64,000 nucleotides of DNA from Callorhinchus milii. Taxonomy: Eukaryota. The notes below the pieces were generated by a model that did not search any database, was not told the origin of the DNA, and saw nothing but the letters and a program-made list of their open reading frames with translations. Positions within the stretch are counted from its first letter, which is position 1, and each line of letters begins with the position of its first letter. The position numbers were made by a program, and so were the translations under genes. Shown in pieces: positions 52,031 through 64,000 of the stretch. The stretch spans positions 103,604,001-103,668,000 of the forward strand of contig NW_024704743.1 in assembly GCF_018977255.1 (NCBI RefSeq), read 5' to 3'.

Positions 52031-52479
52031 CAAATTGTTATAATTTGTGCAGACAGAGCTCTGATCTGAGAAATCTGTGCAACATTCTAGTCATCATAGG
52101 GACATCTTGGAATTGAAGTGGTACAAGTGAGTGACAAGTAAATTGATATCCTGAATTAGAAATATGAATTATGAGGATGATCAGCCTGGAGAAGTGAAAG
52201 CCCAGAGAGCTGTTGGGGACAGACAGTTCAGAGTTAATTACCTCATCCTGAGAACAGTGAATACGTGGAATTTACAAACCAGGGTTGAGATGTAGGTAGA
52301 TTGTATCAGATTTAGCGAGCTAATTGGTAACAGAATCAATTCAGGAATATAAGACTTAGAGTATCATAGATTTTGTTCCTTTCTTTGAGCCAGATAAACA
52401 ACAATGATTCTTTTTATGTTCCTGTACATCTATCATTCTCCCATATCTCTGATTTTAACATTAATTCGATACGATGATC

Positions 52480-52818
52480 TTGTTAATAGCCTGTTTCCAA
52501 TTGTTGGCGAATCCAAAACCAGGGGGCATAAATAAGATGGCCAGTAATGTATCTAAAAACTAGTTAAGGAGGAATTTATTTACACAGAGGGTGGTGTGAA
52601 TGTGGAACTGACAGCCAGAAACTGTGGTTCAAGCAAAAACTGTCAACATGTTTAAGAGGAAACTTGATACATAAATGAGGGAGAAGGGAATAGAGGAGTA
52701 CAGGAAAGGACATTTACAAAGGGTGGAGGCTTGTGTGAAGTTTGAATACTGGCACAGCCAAATTACTTATTGGGCCAAACGCCTTGTTTCCATGCTGTAT
52801 TCTGTGTAATTCTATAAG
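52480..52818 (+). mobile_element. CR1 3' end
   Basis: aaccagggggcataaa, aggaatttatttacacagagggtggtg..tgtggaac, tail gctgtattctgtgtaattctat. Confidence 0.8.
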
Positions 52819-53174
52819 TAGGGAGGCAAGTGACTGCCCACCCAAGGTAAAGAGCACTATAAAGTGCAATGAAATACTGGGGAGAGCTCCTGCCAGCTTT
52901 TATCCTTCAACAGAGGAGGTAAGAGTAACCATAACACATCATACTTCTATAAGACAGGTTGATGTTGAGCTGGAATCTGCATTTGAATGGAGCAAAGGAA
53001 AGGCCCTAACATTTTATTGTCAGGCAGCTGTAAGTTAAACAATTTCTTTAAAGACTGGTGATTTTAATAGATCCAACGCATGGTTCTGAAATGTCATTGG
53101 TATTATCTTAAATTCTACTAGGATTTTCTGAACACTATAATATACCTATTTCTGTGTTTTGACAGAACAGCTAC

Positions 53175-53628
53175 CAATAACCAACAAATTACATTTATAT
53201 AGCGCCTTTTACAACAGAAAGATGTCCCAAGGCACCAAAGAGTTAAGGGTGGCGATTCAGGGATGTGGAAAGGGGTGGAGATTAGGGAAGATGGAGGTGA
53301 GAAAGTGGCCAATGGTCAAAGAGGAAGATCTTGAGATAGGCCTTGAAGGAAACGAGGGAAGGTGCGAGATAGAGTTCCAGAGGGTGGGGGCAGAAATGCT
53401 GAATGCCCAACCTCTAGTGGTGGGGAGGGCATGTGACATGGAACAGGTCAGTACCTGCTGAATGGAGGGAGCGGACAGGTTGTTATGATGTTAAGAGGTC
53501 GCAGAGGTAGGGAGGAGCAAGGCGGTGGAGGACTTTAATAGTGAGGACAAGGATTTTAAACTCGATCTTTTGAGGGATGGAGAGTCAGTGGAGCTGGGCG
53601 AGGATGGGAGTGATCGGTCCATGGAGCT
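53175..53628 (-). mobile_element. L2 3' end
   Basis: Minus frame PTTRGWAFSISAPTLWNSI; L2 tail at 53180-53230. Confidence 0.85.
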
Positions 53629-53929
53629 TTCTTAATAAAGTAAGAGAACTAAACTCTGAATGATTGTTTTTTCATGAATATAATTGACCAAAGTATGATA
53701 ATGTTCAACTTTTCATAAAATTGCACAGAATCACTCCGACTATATAGGATGGAAACAGGATATTCGGCCCAACTAATCCGAGCCAGTGTTTGTACTCTGT
53801 ACGAGTCTCCATCCTTCCTAATATCCCATTCTCCTCTATTCCCTTCTCCCTCAGGTCATTTCAAGTTATGTTTCTGTCATACATATTATACATATTATAA
53901 TAATAATTCTTACATTTGATATGGCATCT

Positions 53930-54260
53930 GTGGAGTCCTGTAGCTCAGTGATTAGAGCACTTGCCTCACAAGCGAGAGATCTAGGTTCAATTCCCTGCAG
54001 GGCGAAAACTTGGGCAAGTTTCCTTACTCCACACGCCTAATAAGGATCCCTCAATTGGTCACTTCAATCCACGACTGTTTGTGGGACACTGCTGTGTGCA
54101 ATTGACTGCTCATTTTGCCCACAAATATACAGCCAATTCACTTTACATTGTGTATATTTGTATACATATATTTGTATATTTTGTGAAGCGCTTTGAGACG
54201 TCTAGAAGATGTGAAGAGCACTGTATCAAATGCAAGGACTATTATTATCATTATTATTAT
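53930..54260 (+). mobile_element. Young SINE, short variant, nested in an older minus-strand SINE tail
   Basis: gtggagtcctgtagctcagtg head; host tail split at 53929 and 54261. Confidence 0.88.
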
Positions 54261-54649
54261 CACATTGTCTGAATATCTCAAAGCATTTCACAAGATTTAC
54301 CATAGAGGGTCGTGACTATATTTTTGTGAGTGAACGTAGCAGTCAAAAGACCGACAAGAGAAATAGAGATGTTTCAAACTTGATCTGGGCAAGTCATAAA
54401 CAATTTAATTATATTCACAGTGCAGGATGTCTTAAATTGTATTTTAAAAACCTGGGCGATTGTTTAACTTTGAATCCTGCATTTATAAAATGTATTTGGA
54501 GAGTAGTGAGAGAGTGCTGCAAAATTTATTTTACATAGAGAGAAAGTAATAAGAATACATACCATTAACATATTAGCAATAAAGATATATTTATCAATAT
54601 TGTGTGCCTAGATCCATAACTGTATCAAAAGTTGTTTTATTATTAACTG

Positions 54650-54895
54650 TGATAATAATAATGCTTGCATTTGATATGGCATCTTAATATCACAATAATT
54701 TATCGTAATGACTGCCTTTTATTGGTGGAATGTGGCAGCTAATATATGTATAGCAATGTCCCACAGACAGCCATGAAAGTGAATGGCCAATTTTACCTGG
54801 GGGACTGTTGGGCAGGACACTGGGAGACACTCCACTTTTAGTATAGTGCCAAGAGGATCTTTAATGTGCATTTGAAAAGGCAGACGGGATCTTTG
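54650..54895 (-). mobile_element. Old Deu-type SINE
   Basis: gcaatgtcccacagacagccatgaa..tagtgccaagaggatctttaa. Confidence 0.65.
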
Positions 54896-55029
54896 CATCC
54901 CTTTTACTAATTTGGCCAAATTATTGCAATGTTTAGGGAGTAGCAAAATTCATAGCATTGGATTTCCAAAGGTCCTATTGCGCTCTTGGCTTTCCCTCAG
55001 CCCTGGTTTGGCTACGAGATTTTTTGCCA

Positions 55030-55350
55030 GGTGATGCGAGATTTTAAGAGGTCCTCATCTGCAATACTTTGCCAGGTTATTCTTGGTTTTCCATGACCAT
55101 CTGGCTGCACTTTCAGTGCTTGATGTGATAGTCTGGAATATGTCATCCTGAGCACATGACCTGGTTAAACTGAACCTTTTTTTGTATGTGAGTTGGATTT
55201 CTGGCAGCTGCGTTATTATTTGTCTAACCATTGTACTCATCATTTTATTTCTTCTGCTGATCTTGAGTATCTGGCAAAGGTGATTGATGTAGAAAATATC
55301 AAGTTTCTTCTCTGCAATCTTTGTCCTTAGCTAAGTTTCAGTGACATTTC
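55030..55350 (-). mobile_element. RTE-clade LINE relic (post-RT C-terminal region)
   Basis: Frameshifted minus translation TET*..EKKLDIF..LCQILKIS..GHVLRM..RLSHQAL..GKPRITW..DEDL follows the RTE pattern ETW..LRRIL.I..GHVLRM..GRP..TW..DL. Confidence 0.7.
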
Positions 55351-57424
55351 ACCATCTGATAAAGCAAAGCACCAACTCAACATGATCAGGTGTATATGGC
55401 ACTGTAAACACTACATCTCATGATATGCATCGGTACCACAATCTCATTCCTAATGGAAAACAGATGACAGTCAGCAATGTTTTATCATAAGTGTATCACC
55501 GTGAAGCTTGAGGCTCTTGCTCTTTCTCGTGAATAAAATACGATAAACCATTTACTCATCTTTGGAAAAAACTTTCCATTCTTATAAAACTGCTGTCTTT
55601 GAACCACATTTTCATTTTTTGGGCTCAATCATAGGAAACAGTGGAGCAGAATGATCTCAATCAGGGCTGTAAAATTGAACCCTTGCAGAAAATGTAAAAC
55701 TGAGTTATCATGAGCCTAATCTTATTAGTGTGTGGCAAGAGAACAGATACTGACCTATCTCAAATTATTACTGTTTACAGTGTAATGGTTGTTGCCAAAG
55801 AGCATTGCAGGAGTGAACAGTTCAGGCCTGTAACACTTTGTGTGGCCTCTGCTTCTTTCACGGTGCTGCAGGGAACATATGTTAAGCTTGTAAATCTGTA
55901 TAAAAAGCGCCCAGGGTTTAAGTTATTTACTTCAGCATGTCACTGCTTTACATCAGTTTGGAAGGGATTACTTCATTGAATCTATAGAGAATTTTACTGC
56001 ATCCTACATGCCTTATAACTCAAACTGTTTATTTTACCTCCATTGATCATGCACCATTGATAAAATTATCATGAAGTTATATCAATAAGTGATTAAAGAG
56101 TGGAATTTTGCATGGCATTTGGCTAAACAGTGGACTGTGGGCAGATTCATTCTTCTTCTTTTAAAATAAACCATCTCAACTTCAAAAGCAGGCCAGATCT
56201 CCAAACTGAAAGATCTAATCTCAGTTTAGCCATTAAAACAAATGCCATATTCAGTCATCCACAATTGGAATATTGTTTCAGGATTGGACATCAATCCTTC
56301 AAGAGGACATTGAAGCATTGGAGAAGATTCAGAGAAGAGCAACGAACAGGACTCCAGGAACAGATAATGTAGATTTAAGCCTATTTAACTTAAAGCAAGA
56401 GAGAATCAAAATGTTATATTTTGATATTGTTTCAAAATATTTAGTGTCAAATGCAGTGACTGTTTTTTTTATAAGCAAACAAGACGATCATTTGCTGCAG
56501 CCTTATCTGTCTCTTGATCACCTCCACACTGATTCATGGGAGACACCTCTGACTTTCTGATCCACAAAACCTTAATCAAGCAAACAAACTTGAAAATATT
56601 CTTGCATTTCTATCATTTCAACAGCATTGTCAAGCATTTTGAGACATTGTCCCAATTATATATATTATTTTTATTATTATTATTATATATTATTAATATA
56701 TATTATTGAAAGGTGCTATATTAAATGCAAATCTATTGTATAATTCACCAAACCAAATCTGACCCTCTTCTCTGCATTACCTCTAATAACCTCTCCAGCA
56801 GCACAGAAATTATGATATCCCATTAGTTTTCTCGTCTGAATCTTCCTTATATCATCTGTTGCTATTCTGAGACAGAATCCCATCCCAGCTACTTTTGAAG
56901 AGATACTCAACACAACATCAACTGATTGTTTGGAATTATAGCATATCCATCGACCCAAGGCAAAAAGGAATCTTGAGCTTTTTCATTTGAAATGCATGGC
57001 CTGTAGTTTTGCTCTTACAGTCCATGTCCTCAAATGTAAGAATGGAGTCAAATAACCCCTCAAATCTCCCTTTCTATACCCCCTTCCCCCACCATGTTAA
57101 GACCTGAATCATGCACCCTCTAATATTATTGTTTCTAATGAAGACATGCTCAGACCTTTCATAACTTATACATCATTGACTGGGCCAGACACAGATATTT
57201 TTTTCCATTCATCATCACCCAATGCTTCCTGTTGCTCAGCTAGGAATTTGCATTCTGCAATTTATCACCCAATTATTGAGCAATAGACATTGTGGAAATA
57301 ATTATTTATCGACAGCAGAACATCTACGTGTCTTTCCATATCCAAAACCATATTTTCTGCAGTCTACCAGTGCGTGTATCATGAAGAAAACCAATCTCAC
57401 TTTTAGTTTATCATTTCCATAATG

Positions 57425-57680
57425 TCTACCTATTCAATGGATGTTAAAGATCCCATGGCACTTTTCTAAATGGGAGGAATTTCGCCTGGTGTCTGGCCAA
57501 CAATCTCCCAAAATAAAATTGCTTGTTCACTGCATGCTGTTGTTGGACATTGCTGTGTGCAATTGCCTGATGCATTCTCCCACAGTACACACAGTCACTA
57601 CATTTACAGTAATCCTGTGATGCACCGTGAGACATCCTCCTGACGTAAAGTCACTGTATCAATGCAAGTTTTATTATATT
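57425..57680 (+). mobile_element. Old Deu-type SINE
   Basis: ggatgttaaagatcccatggcact core and shared tail. Confidence 0.75.
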
Positions 57681-58032
57681 TCACGTAGTGTAGAGCAAGA
57701 TTTACATCTTAAAACGATTTTCTTTGTGATTAACCAAATCATTATTTATGAAACAGTAGAAAGGATAAATCAGCTAGAAATGCAGATGTACCTTGTAAGA
57801 AATATTGGCAAACAGCCAACTTCCAGAAACCCCTAAATCCTACAACAAGATGTATTTTAACGCTATTGTGCTCTCACATGTTCAGCAGAGTCAGTTGAAA
57901 ATATTTCCATGACAGCTTCTTTAATTTATGAGCTGCATGGCAAATTCTGTTTACAATTATAGACTGTACAGAATTGTAATATGAGGTGTAAACTGGGGCT
58001 TTCATAAAGGGTCAGTTGATAAAGAATTTAAA

Positions 58033-58399
58033 GAAGTAAAAGTGTGTCATGCGGGTATGAAATAAACATCCTTGCACCTTGTATATATAAGAGCCTTATC
58101 ACATCATCAAATGTCTAAAAGCATCACAGGATTACTATAATGGTTGTGGCTGTATTGTAGGCAAACCCACAGCCAATTTGCATGCAGTGTCCAACAAATG
58201 GCCATGATATCAATGATCAATGTTATCTGGGGATTGTTGGCCAGTCATACCGGCGCTGGGTTGCCTACAAATACAGCCACAACCATTTATAGTAAATCCT
58301 GTGATGCTCTTTCAGACATTTTGATGATGTGATAAGGCACTTATACTATACTAAGTGCAAGGATGTTTATTTCATACCCGCATGACACACTTTTACTTC
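58033..58399. repeat. ~140-bp inverted duplication inside a Deu-type SINE
   Basis: Arms 58033-58169 and 58257-58399 are reverse complements. Confidence 0.85.
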
Positions 58400-58810
58400 A
58401 TTCTCTTTCAAATAATGCTCGGGATATTTAATGTCCATTTCAGTTTAATGACTCATCTGAAGGATGCACCTCTGATGACGCAGTGCTTCCCTTCACTGTA
58501 TGAAACTGTGTGTCAGCCAACAGGTGTAGTGCAAAGTTGTGTTGTGACATAGGACTTGAACCACAACCTTCTGATTCAGATGTATGAGCATTAAACAACT
58601 AAGCCAGGTCGATGCATAAATCTATACAGATATGACTTTTCTTCAGAGCAGAGTTCCCTCCACCATTGACACTTCTCAAATGAGAAATTCCATAAAATGT
58701 CACATTTATGCCTTTTTAACAGGTGGCTTAATAAATACCTGCCTGTATTCTCTCCTGAATTCTCTCTTTTAGTCTGAGGTTGCTGCATCCTTGGGCTCAG
58801 ATTTTTTTCT

Positions 58811-59428
58811 ACACTGAAAAACTCCACTGAAACTCTTGTTCATGCCTTCATCACATCCAGGCTCGACTATGCAAATGCCCTGCTTGTCGGCCTTCCCAAC
58901 TCCTCCCTCCACAGGCTGCAGATAATCCAGAACTCTGCAGCCTGTGTCCCCTCCTGCACCAAACCCCGTGACCCCATCTCCCCCATTCTCACCTGACTCC
59001 ATTGGCTCCCTATCCTTCAAAGGATCCAGTTCAAGATCCTGGTCCTCACCTACAAAGCCCTCCATGGCCTCGTCCCACCCTACCTCTGCAACCTCCTAAC
59101 CCCCTACCAACCCGCCCACTCCCTCCGCTCAGCCGGCTCCGGCCTGCTCCATGTCCCTGACCCACCGACCCCACCATCGCGGGAGAGCCTTCAGCCACTC
59201 TCCCCCAACCTCTGGAATTCCATCCTCCAATCACTCTGCCTCACCCCCTCCTTAACCTCCTTCAAGTCCTGCCTCAAGACCCTCCTCTTCGACCATGCCA
59301 TTGGCCACCCCCCTTCCCTTCCCCTCCCTGACCCCAGCTCGGGTCTGAAATGCTGTACTCTGTCCAGCACCTTGGGATGTCCTCCCGACATGAAAGGCGC
59401 TATACAAATGTAATCTTGTTGTTGTTGT
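58811..59428 (+). mobile_element. Relatively young L2 3' end
   Basis: TLVHAFITSRLDYANALLVGLPNSSLHRLQIIQNSAACV..LHWLPILQRIQFKILVLTYKALHGLVPPYL; (GTT)n tail. Confidence 0.95.
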
Positions 59429-59633
59429 CTCAGACAAAAATCTAAAAAAGTTAAGCATCGCCTTTTAAAAAATAGTCTACAACAAATCTTTTCAGTTAAA
59501 ATGGATATAAGATCAACTGTAATATACTATAATTTATTATTTGCTTTTTATTTATTAGGGTTCTTTACCAGCAAAGAAATGTGATATTTTGCTCATGGGT
59601 TAATGGACAGTACTCTGCTATATTTTCCTACAG

Positions 59634-59930
59634 GAATAATAATAATAATATTCATAATAATAATCCTTGCATTTGATATAGTGCTTTTCACGTCTTCTAG
59701 ACATCTCAAAGCGCTTCAAAGAATATAGTGTAAAGTGAATTGACTGTATATCTTGTGGACGAAATGCGGCAGCCAGTTACACACAGCAGTGTCCCACAAA
59801 CAGTCGTGGATTGAGTGACCAAATTATTATTGCTTTTCTTCCTTGAGGGATTATTATCAGGTGTGTGGAATAAGGAATCTTGCCCAAGGTTTTGCCCTGA
59901 TGGAATCGAACCCAGGTGTTTCGCTTGCGG
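59634..59930 (-). mobile_element. Young SINE, short variant, 5'-truncated
   Basis: Same family as 31500-31818. Confidence 0.88.
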
Positions 59931-60047
59931 GTACTTTATACATGCAAGATTTCTTATTGTTGTCCCTCCACGGTCTCGCCCCACCCTATGTTCAGGAGCA
60001 CTAACTTGTTTCCCAGAAAATAAATTTTGACAATCTTACCATCAAGA

Positions 60048-60350
60048 TAATAATAATCCTTGCATTTGATGTCTCAAAGTACATCACAGCTAATTATTGT
60101 CAAGTGTAGTGACTCTTTGTAAGCACAGTCATTTGTGCCATCAAAATCCCACACACAGCCATAAAGTGAATCAACAATTAATCTGAAGGATTGTTATCCA
60201 GGACACAAGGAAAAAATCTCTCTCTTTTCTAATTGTGGCTGAGGATCTTTAACATCCATCTTTAACATCCACATTAGAAAGGACCTTCATTAATCTCTCA
60301 TCCGAAAGCCAGCATCTAACAATGCAACACAACCCCAGTAATGCACCTAA
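60048..60350 (-). mobile_element. Old Deu-type SINE
   Basis: aataatccttgcatttgat tail, ggatctttaacatcca core. Confidence 0.6.
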
Positions 60351-62277
60351 AATTTATAACTCTGATGATTGATACACAAATAGTATAATGTAGAATTAGA
60401 CAAATGCGCTGAATTTTTGTTTTCATTCTGTAAAACTGGAAGCAGTATTAAAATGTGAACTATTTGCTCTTGTCTACCATTGAAGAAATGCTGAGTTCAG
60501 TATTTAGAGTTATGTTCCACATCTAAGCGATCTCTCTGTCATTAAGCTTTTAAAATAAAGCCTAATTAGGCCTTTGTAACCAAAATCACAGGTTAGAATA
60601 TCTTAATACTCAAAAGGGCAGATTGTTAACATTTTTGTGGGACACAAATATTGTTTTTCTGCTACTTTCCTCACTCCAATTACGAAAACTAGCTTTTAAT
60701 TAAGAGATCTTTGCATCCAACGTATGTTTGCTTTGGTTCTGTAAGGTACTTCCATTGGTTAATAGCCAAGGTGAGTGAAGAGACCAATAAAATAAACAGT
60801 CAATTTACTTTACAATATATTCTTTAAGACATCTGAACAACGTGATAAGAAGCTGCATCAAATGCAAGCATTATTATTAAGGACGTTTTTAACTAGTGTT
60901 CAAATAAAATGGAAGGATTATTATTATCATTATTATTATTATTCAGTGTCAAAGCTCAAATGAAAATATCATATCAGTCCCAGCACAGTTAAGCATTTAG
61001 CTTTTTCCATCTGCCTAAAGTATATTGATATTCCAGTTTTCAGGACTCCTGAATGGTAAATAAGGTTCAGTTATCTCCAGGATTATTGGTCTACATGAAG
61101 GAAAACTCATACTATGGCTATTTGCTGGTAACTTCCCCTTCAGATTTGACCTGCTACTCCATGGTCTCTGGCCCTTCATTCATGGCCAGCCTGACCTTCG
61201 TATGTTACCAGAACTAGGATTTATGTCCAGCAAGGAAAAGGAAAGAATGCTATTAATAGACAGGTTTATTCTATCATCAATGCTGTAGGTTCTCCCTACT
61301 GACTACTATTTGGCAACAGCCCATGGTGAAATAATAGAAATCAGAAGCTCTGCCATGTAGGAATTCACAGACACATGTCCCTTCACTCCACAGATAATTA
61401 TCGCTTTCGACTGGTTTGACTGGAACTTTCAGCAATATGAAAATATCACATCAAATATCAAATTTTTCATCACCCTTGCATGTTAAGACAAAATCTGACA
61501 TTATTTTAGCAAACGTTTCGTTAGTAAATCTGGCTCAAGATTTACTCTATTTATGCAACATTTCACAGTGTCCAAAATTTGGCAAATCATTGAATAAACC
61601 CCTAACTTTGCAAGTTGTTTTTTTTGCAGTTCTTACAATAACTTATAGACAAAAACGGCTTAAAAATGAAAGCTGTATTTGAAAATTTGCCCAAATCTGC
61701 ACACTCTGATACTCTACTGTTACATACATTGAGTAAATCTAGACCCAGTTGGAAATTTTCTCCCCAGTTTTGTCTCCTTCCCCTCTTGACTTCCTCAGAC
61801 ATTCAGAAATAAAATTGAAGACTAGATCTGTTAAGTAGCTACCTATCTATGGGTAATTACTTGCACTGCCTGATGTTGCTGAGCCTGTTTAAAAATATAT
61901 TAAGAGAGAGTTGGCCTTTAAAGCAGACCCTCGGGCACCTCTCTGTATGCCCTTGCTTGTTAAATAAAAAGGATTATATTTTGTCTCTGCACTTTGGATG
62001 ACAGGTATGCCTCCTTTATCCATCTCTTCCCTCTGCTCACTCTTCCCTGACAGCACATTAGATTTTGTGGTTAGTTAAAATTGACTGGAGCTTAATTGCT
62101 TCATTGTTGGCAGTGAATAAATTCACTGAGTCCATAAGACATGGAAAATAAGAGATGCCTTGGCTGTCTTTCACCCACTGATGTTCCAGTTGATTGATTG
62201 TCTGTGGTTTTCATCCAAATACTGGGACACGGGCTTGTAATCTCTGTAAAGGCCAAAACTCTGTACTTGTTCAGCAT

Positions 62278-62307
62278 NNNNNNNNNNNNNNNNNNNNNNN
62301 NNNNNNN
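62278..62307. other. Assembly gap (30 N)
   Basis: Run of N in the sequence. Confidence 1.
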
Positions 62308-62378
62308 AGGGACCAGCGCATCACAGCGGAGGTCAACATGCGTAGTGGTTAAAGAGAAAGATCATCGAGCACTGTACG

Positions 62379-64000
62379 TTATCGAAGAGCTCGTGGAATC
62401 TTAGAGATTTGTCTGCAGGTTTTTTTTCCAGCAGTTTTGCAGTGTCAACACTTTTTGAGCTCCATAAGATGAATGTCAGAGCCTAGTATAGATTCCCTGG
62501 GAAGATACCTGGAATGAGAGGATAATGATTATGAGGAAAGGCTTAAATATGAAGGCTTTATTCACTGGAGGAGACAAGATTAAGAGGGGAAATCTAAGAG
62601 AGATTTTAAAAAATTATGACATGCGTATCAGAGGATAAATAGTGACAGATCATTTTCACTGATTGATGAATTGATAACTTTAACCGAGCAGTTTTTTGAA
62701 GAATTTTTTGTACTGAGGTTCATTCTGATGGCCAACTTGCTAGCACAAGTGGCTGCTGAAGCTTGGAAATTACATTTAAAAGGGAAATTAGATCAACTCT
62801 TAAAGAACAAAAATCTAAGGGGATGAGGAAAGAGTAGGGATTATAGATTCAATGGGGAGCGAGCATCCACTCAACAACTAGGCTGAATAACCTCCTGTGC
62901 TGAAATATTTTATGATTCTATATTATAAATGTCAGCCTGGCTCAGCCGGTAGTGCTCTTCCCTCTGAGTCATAAGGTTGTACATTGGGAATTTGAACTCA
63001 CATCGTCCAATTGGCAGCTCGTGGGCGCCCTCCCCCCCGACCTCCATCTCATCTGGCACACCCACTCCTTCCATTACCCGTAAATGTTATGTTACGTTTC
63101 TAAAAGGAAACACAAAAATATTGCTTATGCAATGTTTCCCAAATAGGGCATCCGACTTTCAGCAGCTAAAGCAATGGACCACCCTGGTAGGCTGAAACTC
63201 CAATACATTGCTGGGGATGGGCTACATTGTTTGAGATGCTGTTGATACTGAACTAAACAATTTGCCAACTTCTAAACCCTTTGAAATGCTATGTAAACAG
63301 TGTAAATCTACACTTGTGAGGAATTTCTACCCACATCCACAGCTGATTTAAATTTCTTCTCAGAGAAATTGGTGGGTACAATTCTTTTGTTCAATAACTT
63401 ATGGAACCAATTACCAAGGGAGGGCTGTTGAGTTCAATACTGTATTATAAAATACAATACAAATTGACGTTTATATAGCACCTTTCACAGTTGAGAGGAC
63501 TTCCCAAAGTGCTTAATAGAACTGGCTGTGCATCCTAGATGAGGAGGAAAGCTGAGGGAAGGCAGAGGAAAGATGACTAAAAGTGTGGTCAAAGAGATGG
63601 AATTGAATAAGGTGAGAGAATGAGGTGAGAACAATTGTATTGAAATAAATTATATTTTAGTCTCTAGGCATTAGTTGTCCTATCAATTTCTCTATTATCA
63701 CATTTCAAAAATGGATTTAATTGACAAATTAATTCCATATATTCTTATTAACAATGAAAATACACTGAACTAATTCTGACTCAATACAAGGGTCTATCCT
63801 TGTTTTTTAATATATCGCCAGCGTAGCATTAAAAATGAACACAACAGTATTTTTAATTTGCTGTCTTGTTGATGATGTATCTTTTAGTATGGAACAGCAT
63901 CTGCCACCTGTCTTAGAGCTTAAGGTTTGTGTTAAGTTGGCCCAAATCTTGAAATTGCGTAACAAGTAAAGACCATAGATGATTTTGCACCCCGTTGCAT
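62379..64000 (+). repeat. Near-identical direct duplicate of 40299-41923
   Basis: Sequences match at an offset of 22080, shifting to 22077 after two small indels. Confidence 0.97.

Noticed and set aside
62381..62396. ATCGAAGAGCTCGT resembling an Illumina adapter
   Set aside because: The same sequence occurs in continuous context at 40301; likely coincidental

Overview
Eukaryotic, AT-rich, repeat-dense non-coding DNA (intronic or intergenic). The repeat repertoire points to a cartilaginous fish, plausibly a holocephalan such as elephant shark (inference only). I could not identify any intact protein-coding gene, rRNA, functional tRNA or CRISPR array; the ORF track is mostly retrotransposon relics or chance frames. 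The window is dominated by 5'-truncated L2 LINEs, CR1 3' ends, a young tRNA-headed SINE (long and short variants) and older Deu-type SINEs that share the L2 3' tail. Less common items: (1) a near-perfect 51-bp inverted repeat carrying a Penelope-type minimal hammerhead-ribozyme core at 44.3-44.4 kb; (2) an unclassified, roughly 0.9-kb poly(A)-ended repeat with a fixed 5' end, about 7 copies; (3) relics of R4/Dong and RTE LINEs; (4) a 140-bp fold-back duplication at 58.0-58.4 kb; (5) a 21-bp minisatellite; (6) a near-identical 1.6-kb duplicate beside an assembly gap, probably an artefact. A few splice-bounded open segments may be exons but are unassigned. All comparisons were made by eye, and repeat boundaries are approximate.
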